Shown: piece by piece, positions 10,234 through 19,008 of the stretch | How the letters are laid out: each line of letters starts with the position of its first letter | Position numbering within the stretch: position 1 is the first letter of the stretch | Assembly (NCBI GenBank): GCA_039589195.1 | Contig: JBDHHV010000038.1 | Span: 13,288 to 77,287 of the forward strand | DNA length: 64,000 nucleotides | Direction: 5' to 3' | Origin: Gemmatimonadota bacterium | GTDB taxonomy: Bacteria; Gemmatimonadota; Gemmatimonadetes; Palauibacterales; Palauibacteraceae | Notes under the pieces: generated by a model | Database searches by the model: none | What the model was told of the DNA's origin: nothing | What the model saw: the letters and a program-made list of their open reading frames with translations, nothing else | Translations under genes and position numbers: made by a program

Positions 10234-11791
10234 TCACACGATGCGTCGGTCCACCGGATCCCACTCCACCTGGCGGCCGAGCTGATACGCCCGGGTAGCC
10301 ATGTGGCACGTGATGGCCTCCTGGAGCCCCTGCTCGATGTCGCAACTGGTGTTTCCGCCGTTGCGGATCACGTCCACCCATTCCGCGATGTGAAGGTTGT
10401 AGGCGTTCACCCGGCGACCACCGCGATAGGTGTACAGGAGTCCTCGACTGGCGAAATACTGGGCCGTGGCCGACGTGATCGCGTCGACTCCCCTGAACCC
10501 GGGCTGGTACGTGAACAGGGGACTGGCCGGATCGATGAGTCCTTCCTCGATCTTCTCCTTGAATCGGGTGGAGGAGCCGTCGGCGTTGATACGGAGGCCG
10601 GCGTCCACCTCCATCGTGGCATCGTGCCCCATAAAGATCCGACCTCGCCAATTCCCGTTCGCCAGGGTGGCGCTGTAGACGAGAGTCAGGTCCCGGTCCG
10701 GGTACTCCATCACGGCCTGGAAGACATCGGGTACATCCCGGCCGTCCTTGAAGTAATAGATGCCTCCCGACGCCACACAGGTCTTTGGAATCCCAAGCTC
10801 CAGGATCTGGTTCACCGAGTCGAACTCGTGGCTGAACAGATCCCCCGAGAGGCCCGTCCCGTAATCGAACCAGCAGCGCCAGCGGAAGAAGCGCTCCGGG
10901 GTGAACGGATACTTGTTCGGCGCCGGTCCCTGGAACTCATCCCAATCGATGGTCTCGGGGGTCCCCCGCTCGTCGATCTCCCACACCCAGGCCCCCCAGG
11001 GGTCGTTCCGGTTGGTGGTCGTCTCCACCAGCGTGAGGGGTCCCAGAAGTCCGGCATCAAGGACTTCCTTGGCCTTGATGTGGCTCTCGGTCTGCCGTTG
11101 TTGATGCCCGAGTTGGAACACGATGTCCGAGCCCTTGACGGCCTCGTACATCCGGTACGTCTCTTCCTCCTCCCGGGTCATGGCCTTTTCCACGTAGATG
11201 TGCTTTCCGGCCGCCACCGCGTCGATGCACATCTGTGAATGCCAGTGGTCCGGTGTGGCGATCATGACCGCGTCCACGTCGTTGCTTTCCAGCAGGTCCG
11301 TGTAGCGGCGGAAGCGGGTGGCCGGCGGTGATCTCTACGTTCAGATGATCCTGCTGCATGAACGTCTCGAGACCCTTGTGACGCGGATCCTCTTCGGCGG
11401 CCTCCCGCGCGCTCTCGATCCACTCGGGGTGGGCGAAGCCGGCGCTCCGGACGAGGTTCTCTCCCTCCCCCCCAAAGCCGATGATCCCGATCCGTATCAA
11501 CTGCGATGGGGGCCGTGATATGGCATCGGGGATGATGGCCGGAGCACCGTCCGAGATCCCCAGCTCGGCCATGATGGCCTCGCGCTTGGCGTCCTGGCCC
11601 AGCTTCTTCTGATACCAGCCCCCGAAGAACAATCCCAGGACCGGCACCGACGCCAGGGCCTTCAAGACGTCACGGCGCGGGATTCCGGCCGCCGGGGTCG
11701 AGGCCGGCGCGTCGCTCTCAGACGCCGGTTGCAGGGAGGGCGCCGTCTGCGGGGCGGGCTCCGTCGGGTCGTTCTTGTTCTCGTCGCTCAT
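10234..11791 (-). pseudogene. Gfo/Idh/MocA family oxidoreductase with TAT signal, reading frame broken by an apparent frameshift
   Basis: N-terminal ORF 11057..11791 carries RRDVLK plus IRIGIIGFGG, then runs into nonsense. C-terminal ORF 10234..11277 carries DAVMIATPDHWH and the rest of the family fold. The frames switch within about 11305-11335 at a GC homopolymer-rich stretch (accgccggccacccgc). Confidence 0.65.
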
Positions 11792-11817
11792 TCTTCGTTC
11801 TCCGCTCGCACGGGCCT

Positions 11818-12339
11818 CTATCCGACGCTCTGAGCGTACCGCTTCCGGAAGATCAATCGGTCCAACCCCACCTGGTTAGAGGTGGGGAAGCCGAAGATGA
11901 CCAGAAGAGCGGCCAGCTCGACCAGGATCTTGTTCACGATCAGGTAGCTCCCCTCGGTGGGAATCGAGTACTCGAGACCCGGGAAGGGGGGAGCCGCCAG
12001 GTAGTACAGGAGAAGCATGGCGACTCCGGCGAGGGCTGCGGGCCGGGCGAAGGCTCCGACCAACAGTGCCAGGCCGACGAGCAGGAGACCCCACTGATTC
12101 AGGTAGTCCACGACTGTGAGGGCACCCGGGTTCGTGGCGAGAGAGAGAAACTGCTTCTCGAACCAACCCTGGGACTGCTCCAGGTATCCCGCTGACGTCC
12201 AGAACGAGTTGGTGATCTTGGCCAGCCCTTCGTACATGAAGTGCCAGCCCACGAGCATTCTGAGACCCACGAGGGCCGTGAGCTGAAACCTCCCGTACTC
12301 ACGCATCCCAGTCGGGTCTCCCGTGGTTGCGGTCGGCAT
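11818..12339 (-). CDS. DoxX family membrane protein
   Basis: Four predicted TM helices. DoxX-like sequence (MLVGWHFMYEGLAKI...). RBS AGGAGAGG. Confidence 0.7.
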   Translation of the reverse strand: MPTATTGDPTGMREYGRFQLTALVGLRMLVGWHFMYEGLAKITNSFWTSAGYLEQSQGWFEKQFLSLATNPGALTVVDYLNQWGLLLVGLALLVGAFARPAALAGVAMLLLYYLAAPPFPGLEYSIPTEGSYLIVNKILVELAALLVIFGFPTSNQVGLDRLIFRKRYAQSVG

Positions 12340-12354
12340 AGAGCCCTGCCTCTC

Positions 12355-13446
12355 CTATTGGACTTCAGCGGCGCTCCGCCAGCCACGCGATCTGAGCTGC
12401 CGGTTCGCCTCGTCGATGATCAGACACGCACAATCGGGAAGGGAATCGATGAAGGTCAGCCCTCGCTCCGGGCCCATGACGAACACGGCCGTGGCCAGTG
12501 CATCCGCGGCGACGGCGGTGGGAGCCACGACGGTGACGCTCTGCCAGGGTCGGGGTGACATGCCGGTCATGCTGCTGACGATGTGATGACAGGTGCGCTC
12601 ACCGTCGAAGTAGATCTCGTAGCTGCCGGAAGTCGCCACGGCACCCGCCGGTACGGTGAGCACGTCCGGGTATGTGCCGTCCTTGAGCGGACTCTGGACC
12701 GCCACCCTCCACGCCTCCCCGTCCTCCCGCTTTCCGCCGGCACGGATGTCACCACCGCCGTTGATCAGGTAATCGCGGATCCCATCGGCCTGAAGACACT
12801 TCGCCATGACATCCACCACGTAACCCTTCGCGATGCCATCGAGAGTGAGTCCCATGCCGCCTTTGCCGAGGGTGATGGAGCGGGAGCCGACCCGCACGGC
12901 GTTCCCGTCCACCAGCTCCAGGGCCTCGCGAATCTCGGGTCGGGAAGGGGGACGGGGGGCGGCGGGCCCCGGCCCGCCGTTCTCCGCGGAGCGGACAGGC
13001 TCGCCGTTGCCGGCCGAGCGAACCGGCGCACTCCTCCGGCAGAGGTCCACGAGGGGTTGAACGGTGATGTCGAACGCGCCCAGGCTCAGGTCGTGATACT
13101 CGCGAGCGAGCGAAACCACGGTGGATAGTTCCGGCGGGGGAAGCTCGATGCGCCCCTCGGCGCTCAGGCAGGTGACGGCCGAGCCGGGGTCGTAACGGTT
13201 CAGGAGGCCGACCACCCGGTCCATTTCCGCGAACGCCCGGCCCATGGCCTCCTGGGCCTGGTGTACGGAGGCGTGAATAGCCGTGACGGAAACCAGGGTC
13301 CCCATGGACGGGCGGACCGCGGAGATCCGGTATCGCCCGCCGCTCACGGGGAAGGACTCGGTCGTCACCGGTGGGGATTCGACACGCTCGAAGCCCAGGG
13401 CCGTCAGGGCAGCCATCTTCTCGGCTAGACGTGTAGCTTCGTCCAC
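12355..13446 (-). CDS. apbE: FAD:protein FMN transferase (ApbE family)
   Basis: ApbE signature region GGMGLTLDGIAKGYVVD and C-terminal TSGSYE. GTG start with no signal peptide (ATG 13416 is an alternative start). Internal imperfect 27-nt tandem duplication around 12968-13030 (SAGNGEPVRSAENGGP). Confidence 0.75.
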   Translation of the reverse strand: MDEATRLAEKMAALTALGFERVESPPVTTESFPVSGGRYRISAVRPSMGTLVSVTAIHASVHQAQEAMGRAFAEMDRVVGLLNRYDPGSAVTCLSAEGRIELPPPELSTVVSLAREYHDLSLGAFDITVQPLVDLCRRSAPVRSAGNGEPVRSAENGGPGPAAPRPPSRPEIREALELVDGNAVRVGSRSITLGKGGMGLTLDGIAKGYVVDVMAKCLQADGIRDYLINGGGDIRAGGKREDGEAWRVAVQSPLKDGTYPDVLTVPAGAVATSGSYEIYFDGERTCHHIVSSMTGMSPRPWQSVTVVAPTAVAADALATAVFVMGPERGLTFIDSLPDCACLIIDEANRQLRSRGWRSAAEVQ

Positions 13447-13652
13447 GTTGTGCCTCGACTCCTGTGGGGGATCGCTCTCGGACGCCGGAGTCCCACACCA
13501 CGAATCTCTCGCAAAAGAGCGGCTGCCGCGAGGGTCTCCAACCGTCCGGATCCTCAGCGGCTTATTATCGTGAGGTCCCGGAACCGGAACGCCGAAGGGT
13601 CGGTTATTCAGGCAACCAGGCCCAATCGCGACCCGAGTACGGGAGCGCCCAA

Positions 13653-14654
13653 ATGCCGGAGATCCATAAGGCTGACCCGGGAGCGCGGCGGAAGACGATC
13701 ATGCTCCTGGCCGTCATCGTGCCGATCGGGCTCATCGCGCTCGGTCTTCTGATGCGATTCAGTCCTGGCATCGTGAACGGGCTCCAGGATTGGATACTCG
13801 GCGACCCGGCGCGCACGCTCGTCCGGGTCAAGCTCGTAGTGGCTGGAGGGTTGGTCATATTCGTCACCCCGTTGCTGGCCGTGGGGTGGTACTTCTGGCG
13901 CCTGGGCTCCCGCGTCATCCGGACGGAGCGTCACCCCCCGCCCGAGTCGAAGCTCGTTCGAGATGCCGTCATACGTCGCGGCGCGGCTGCCGTTCGGGTG
14001 GGCTGGTTCTTCAGGGTCGTGGGTGTGCTACTCCTCCTGCTCCTGATCGGGATAGTACGTATCACCTGGAGTCTGGCTTCCCGGATGGATGCATTGCAGG
14101 CGGCGTGCTTTGACCAGGTGGGCGTCCGGTACGCGGACGCGCAGCGCGCCTGGCAGAACACGTTGCAGGATGTGGTCATCGAGAGCCGCCCCGAATACGC
14201 GGAGGCGGCACGAGTGGCGGTCGGGCTCCAGCTCAGCCTGATCGATCGCAAGGAAGCTCGGCTCGCCCACCTGCTACGTGCCCACCCGGAACGGGTGCCT
14301 CGGCACGAGGGACTTGCCGCCTTCGTGGATGCAGCCGCCGAGTGGTCGGATGAGGATGAAGCGGCGCTGCGCTCCGAGAGCTCATCCGCCGAGGCCCTGA
14401 GCGCGAGGGTGGACTCGCTCCGGGCCCTGAACGATGCGTACTCCGACTGGCCGGCGCTCAGAGAGGCCATGCGCGGAGAGCTGACGCAGACCGATGAGTA
14501 TCGTGCGGCGCTGGACTCCCTCGTCGCTCGCCAGACTGAGCTCGAGGAAATGCTCGCGGGCTGCGCGCTCGAGAACCTGCGTGAGCGCATCGAAGACCAG
14601 GCGCCGCAGCAGCCTGCCGGACGAGGTCGGCGCGAGTCCGGAGGCGCAGCCTGA
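13653..14654 (+). CDS. Hypothetical membrane protein (3 TM helices + helical C-terminal domain)
   Basis: ATG 13653 with GGGAG 7 nt upstream, inside the longer 13464..14654 ORF. No recognisable family motifs. Confidence 0.55.
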   Translation: MPEIHKADPGARRKTIMLLAVIVPIGLIALGLLMRFSPGIVNGLQDWILGDPARTLVRVKLVVAGGLVIFVTPLLAVGWYFWRLGSRVIRTERHPPPESKLVRDAVIRRGAAAVRVGWFFRVVGVLLLLLLIGIVRITWSLASRMDALQAACFDQVGVRYADAQRAWQNTLQDVVIESRPEYAEAARVAVGLQLSLIDRKEARLAHLLRAHPERVPRHEGLAAFVDAAAEWSDEDEAALRSESSSAEALSARVDSLRALNDAYSDWPALREAMRGELTQTDEYRAALDSLVARQTELEEMLAGCALENLRERIEDQAPQQPAGRGRRESGGAA

Positions 14655-14821
14655 GAAAGCAGCTTCACGCGGCCGACCGCGGACTCCGAAGGCCGTCCGT
14701 GTGCACACACCTGCGCCAGGGGCCGATTTGCCGCCCGGGAGCTGGTTTGCCGCCCACCGAGGCTTCGCCTAATCTTTAATGCTTCCGAATCTGGTCCGAC
14801 CCGAGACCACGAGGCCCGACG

Positions 14822-16336
14822 ATGAAGCGACGCACGTTCCTCCGTTCCTCCCTCGCCGCTGCCGCCGCCGCCACCGTTACCCTCCCTCGCCCTCGATCGC
14901 TGGCGGGACTGTATCAAGAGGCGCCGCAGGTTCCACCCGACGTGAACGCAGTCACGGGCGACGGTGCGGAGATCACGCTCAGGGGAAGCGAAATCGCGGA
15001 CCTGAGCGGGCGGCTGAAGGGGCGTCTGCTGCTGTCCGGTGACGAGGGCTACGACGCCGCACGGCGTATCCTCAACCCGTCCTTCGACAAGCACCCCGCC
15101 CTCGTCGCTCAGGTGACCGGCGTCGCCGACATCCGGACCGCGGTGGACTTCGCGCGCGATCACGAGCTACTGGTCGCGGTCAAATGCGGCGGACACAGCG
15201 CCTCGGGGAAGTCGACCTGCGACGGCGGCATGCAGATCGACCTGTCCCCCTTCCGGGGTACGCGCATCGATCCCGACGCCCGCAAGGCCTGGGTGACAGG
15301 GGGGAGCCTCCTGGGCCAGCTGGATCACGAGGCCATGGCTTTCGGGCTCGTGACACCCATGGGGACTGTCTCGCATACGGGTGTGGGCGGGCTCGTCACC
15401 GGGGGTGGGTTCGGGCGGCTCGCTCGCCGATTCGGCCTCGCCGTCGACAACCTCACCAGCGTGCACGTGGTGACGGCCGACGGCCAGTTCCACCGCGCGA
15501 ACGCGGAGGAGAACTCCGACCTGTTCTGGGGTGTGCGCGGGGGCGGCGGGAACTTCGGGATCGTGACGGACTTCGAGTTCGACCTTCACCCGATGCAACG
15601 CGAGGTCGTCGGAGGTGCCATCGTGTTTCCGATCGACCGGGCCGCAGAGGTCCTGAGTCTCTTCTCGGAGTACAGCCTCGAAGCCCCTGATGAGCTTAGC
15701 ATGGGCTTCTTCGTGTCCCATCCGCCCGGAGGCGAACAGCCCGCGGCCGGTATCGGCGTGTGTTACTCGGGGCCCCAGAACGACGCAGACGGCGTCCTGG
15801 CACCCATCCGCAAATTGGGCAACCCGCTGCACGACGGGTTCGAGACCATGGACTACGTCGCCCTCCAGAAATCCGGCGACGTCGACGACCCGAGAGCCCG
15901 CGCCGGCTACCTGAAGAGCGGCTTCCTCACGGAGATGCCCGAGGGTCTGATCTCGGCGATCGTGGAGGGCTTGGAGGGGCACCCGGACCGCGCCACCGCC
16001 GTCTTCTACCAGCAAAGCGGCGGCGCGATCGGTCGGGTCGCGAACGACGCCATGGCGTTCTCGCACCGCGATGCCATCGGCAACCTCCTCAGCGCGGTCG
16101 ACTGGGAGCATGGGTGGAGGGACCCGACCGAGCACATCGCCTGGGAAAGGCGGTTCTGGTCGACGCTGGAGCCGTTCACGAAGGGTTTCTACACGAACGA
16201 TCTGGAGGTCGAAGAGACGTCTGCCGGGGTCAACGCTAATTTCCGGGAGAACTACCCCCGGCTGGTGGAGCTCAAGAACAAGTACGACCCGGGCAACCTG
16301 TTCCGCCTGAACGCGAACATCCAGCCGACGGTCTGA
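14822..16336 (+). CDS. FAD-linked oxidase, berberine-bridge-enzyme-like (VAO/PCMH family), TAT-exported
   Basis: TAT motif RRTFLRSSLAAAAAA. FAD-binding PCMH-type region with VKCGGHS (His for covalent FAD). BBE-like C-terminal region. Confidence 0.8.
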   Translation: MKRRTFLRSSLAAAAAATVTLPRPRSLAGLYQEAPQVPPDVNAVTGDGAEITLRGSEIADLSGRLKGRLLLSGDEGYDAARRILNPSFDKHPALVAQVTGVADIRTAVDFARDHELLVAVKCGGHSASGKSTCDGGMQIDLSPFRGTRIDPDARKAWVTGGSLLGQLDHEAMAFGLVTPMGTVSHTGVGGLVTGGGFGRLARRFGLAVDNLTSVHVVTADGQFHRANAEENSDLFWGVRGGGGNFGIVTDFEFDLHPMQREVVGGAIVFPIDRAAEVLSLFSEYSLEAPDELSMGFFVSHPPGGEQPAAGIGVCYSGPQNDADGVLAPIRKLGNPLHDGFETMDYVALQKSGDVDDPRARAGYLKSGFLTEMPEGLISAIVEGLEGHPDRATAVFYQQSGGAIGRVANDAMAFSHRDAIGNLLSAVDWEHGWRDPTEHIAWERRFWSTLEPFTKGFYTNDLEVEETSAGVNANFRENYPRLVELKNKYDPGNLFRLNANIQPTV

Positions 16337-16400
16337 GCCGGTCCGCCCGGCCCGGATGATTCGGCCGCCGGATCCGAGGCGCCCGGACCGTCGTTGCCAC

Positions 16401-17567
16401 GTGAAGCGCGTATCCCAGGCCGTTGTGGCGCTGGTACCGGCGCTCCTGCCCGGGGCGCTGACGGGGCAAGCGCGCACCTTCGGGCCGGAGCCCGACTTCA
16501 TCCTCGGACTCGGAACCGAACGCTCCGCCTCGGTCTTCCTCGCGGATATCGACGGAGACGGGGATCTGGATGTTCTGTTCGCCAACGGGCGCCACTGGCC
16601 GCAGCAGAACCTGGTCTTCCTGAACCACGGAGCCCCGCGGGATGCGGAGCACATCCCCGCCGGCTCGGGTTACGGCCGGTTCATGGAGGCGTATCCGCTG
16701 GGTCCTGAGCGGAGCACCAGCTACGCGGTGCCTGCGGGGGACCTCGACGGGGATGGTGACCTGGACATCGTCGTGGCCAACGACCGGGCGCCGAACCACG
16801 TCTACCTGAACGACGGGCGCGGTCACTTCCAACTGGCGGGGTACCTGTCCCCGGATCCCGATGTCTCGCGTGATGCGTTGCTGGCCGACCTCGACGGGGA
16901 TGGCGATCTGGACGTCGCGGTCGCCAACCGCCGGGACCGGAACGCCGTGCACCTCAACGATGGACGGGGTGGTTTCAGCGACGTCCCACGTCCCTTCGGT
17001 CCCGGCGACGATTCGACGATCAAGCTCGCCGCCGCCGATCTGGATGCCGACGGAGATATGGACCTCGTCCTCGCCAATCGAGACGGGCAGCCCAACGCCG
17101 TCTATCTGAACGATGGCCGGGCGGGGTTCGGTGAGTCGCGCCCTTTCGGGACGGGCTCGGATGAGACGCTTGCCACGGCCGTCTCAGACATGGACGGTGA
17201 TGACAACCTCGACATCGTGGCCGTCAACGTAGGGCAGCCCAACGCCGTCCACTTCGGTGACGGGGCCGGGAACTTCCCGCGCTCGGTCTCGTTCGGCGCT
17301 CCGGAGGACGCGAGCTTCTCGGTCTCGGTCGCCGACCTCGACGGCGACGGGGACCAGGACATCGTGGTAGGGAACGCCGACGGCCGGAACGCCGCGTATT
17401 TCAACCACGGGGAGGGCACGGCGTATCAGGAGGTCCGCTTCGGCCACGCGGACGACGTCACCTATTGGCTGGTCACCGGCGATGTGGACGGGGACGGATT
17501 CGCCGACGTCGCCGTGGCCAACTCCGACGGCGTGAACCAGGTCTTCCTGAACAAGCCCGGACGCTGA
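16401..17567 (+). CDS. FG-GAP/VCBS repeat-containing secreted protein
   Basis: At least seven repeats of the DxDGDGDxDxxxAN...N..LNDG type. GTG 16401 gives a clean signal peptide (MKRVSQAVVALVPALLPGALTGQA). The upstream ATG 16356 is the alternative start. Confidence 0.7.
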   Translation: MKRVSQAVVALVPALLPGALTGQARTFGPEPDFILGLGTERSASVFLADIDGDGDLDVLFANGRHWPQQNLVFLNHGAPRDAEHIPAGSGYGRFMEAYPLGPERSTSYAVPAGDLDGDGDLDIVVANDRAPNHVYLNDGRGHFQLAGYLSPDPDVSRDALLADLDGDGDLDVAVANRRDRNAVHLNDGRGGFSDVPRPFGPGDDSTIKLAAADLDADGDMDLVLANRDGQPNAVYLNDGRAGFGESRPFGTGSDETLATAVSDMDGDDNLDIVAVNVGQPNAVHFGDGAGNFPRSVSFGAPEDASFSVSVADLDGDGDQDIVVGNADGRNAAYFNHGEGTAYQEVRFGHADDVTYWLVTGDVDGDGFADVAVANSDGVNQVFLNKPGR

Positions 17568-17579
17568 CCCGGCCGCGCC

Positions 17580-18977
17580 TCACGCCCCAAGGGTTCCGAT
17601 CAGATCGGAGCGCGTCAGGATAGACAGCGTGCCGTCTGCCTGCCGCACGAGCACGGCGGGGCTGTCTCCTCCAAGCCGACGGGCGAAATCCTGCACGGGG
17701 GTCGCCGCATCCACAATGGGGAACGGTGGTCCCATCACGTCGCGGACCAGGTGCGCGCGTGCGTCCGGATCCTCGATCAGGCACCGCAGGATCTCCTGCT
17801 CGATCAGGCTCCCGACCACCTCCCCGTCCGCGCCGTCTTCGGTGACCGGCATCTGCGAGATGTCGTGCTCCCGCATGACATCGATCGCGTCGGAGAGCGT
17901 GGTGTCGGAGGGTACCGACACGAGCTGGGGCCCGGTGGCCCGTGCGGGACGCTGGGCGATCAGCGTCGCCGCAGTCAGCGTGTCCCCCTCGTCGAGGAAA
18001 CCGTGCTCCCGCATCCAGATGTCGTTGAAGGTCTTGCCGAGCGACCGATAGCCGCCGTCGGGCATGATCACGACCATCACGTCGGACGCCGTTAGCTCCT
18101 CCGCGTGAGCTTCCACCCACTGGAGCGCCCCGGCCATGGCCATGCCGCACGAGCCGCCCAGGAACATGCCCTCCTCCTCGGACAGCCGCCGGGTCATGAG
18201 CATGGACTCCTTGTCGGTCACGCGCACGTAGTCGTCGACCAGCTTGAAGTTCATGTTCCCGGCCAGGATGTCCTCACCCACACCCTCGGTCACGTACGGG
18301 TAGATCTCGTCCTCATGGAACTCTCCAGTATGGAAGTACTTCCAGTAGACGGAGCCGTACGGATCGACGCCGATGATCTTGACGTCGGGGTTCCGGCCCT
18401 TGAGGTAGGTGGAGATTCCGGAAATCGTGCCGCCGGTGCCTGCGCCCGCGATGACGTGCGTCACGCGGCCGTCCGTTTGCTCCCAGATCTCCGGCCCGGT
18501 CGTCTCGATGTGCGCCTTGGTGTTCGCGGGATTGTCGTACTGGTTCACGTATGCCGAATTGGGGATCTCCTCGGCCAAGCGGCGGGCCACCGAATAATAC
18601 GAGCGCGGATCGTCGGGCGGTACGGCGGTGGGACACACGATGACCTCCGCTCCCAGCGCTCTCAGGATCGCGATCTTCTCCGGACTCTGCTTGTCAGTGG
18701 TCGTGAAGACGCACTTGTATCCGCGAGCGACCGCCGCCAGCGCGAGACCGACGCCCGTATTGCCGCTGGTCCCCTCGATGATCGTGCCACCGGGCTTCAG
18801 GTCCCCGGCCTCGACGGCCGCGTCTACCATGGACACCCCGATCCGGTCCTTGACCGAGCCGCCGGGGTTGAAGAACTCGAGCTTGGCCAGCACCGTGCAC
18901 GGCAGATGGGCCGCCAGCCGATTCACGCGAACCAACGGGGTGTTCCCGATCGTGCCGAGAATGTCCTCGTGCCACAT
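17580..18977 (-). CDS. Cystathionine beta-synthase family (PLP CysK-fold + tandem CBS domains)
   Basis: PLP lysine motif GSVKDRIG and glycine loop GAGTGGTISG. The C-terminal ~120 aa form a CBS pair. ATG 18977 has GGAGG 10 nt upstream (the track ORF starts at TTG 18995). Confidence 0.8.
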   Translation of the reverse strand: MWHEDILGTIGNTPLVRVNRLAAHLPCTVLAKLEFFNPGGSVKDRIGVSMVDAAVEAGDLKPGGTIIEGTSGNTGVGLALAAVARGYKCVFTTTDKQSPEKIAILRALGAEVIVCPTAVPPDDPRSYYSVARRLAEEIPNSAYVNQYDNPANTKAHIETTGPEIWEQTDGRVTHVIAGAGTGGTISGISTYLKGRNPDVKIIGVDPYGSVYWKYFHTGEFHEDEIYPYVTEGVGEDILAGNMNFKLVDDYVRVTDKESMLMTRRLSEEEGMFLGGSCGMAMAGALQWVEAHAEELTASDVMVVIMPDGGYRSLGKTFNDIWMREHGFLDEGDTLTAATLIAQRPARATGPQLVSVPSDTTLSDAIDVMREHDISQMPVTEDGADGEVVGSLIEQEILRCLIEDPDARAHLVRDVMGPPFPIVDAATPVQDFARRLGGDSPAVLVRQADGTLSILTRSDLIGTLGA

Positions 18978-19008
18978 ATGTCGGGTTTCCTCCAAATCCC
19001 TCTCCCGG

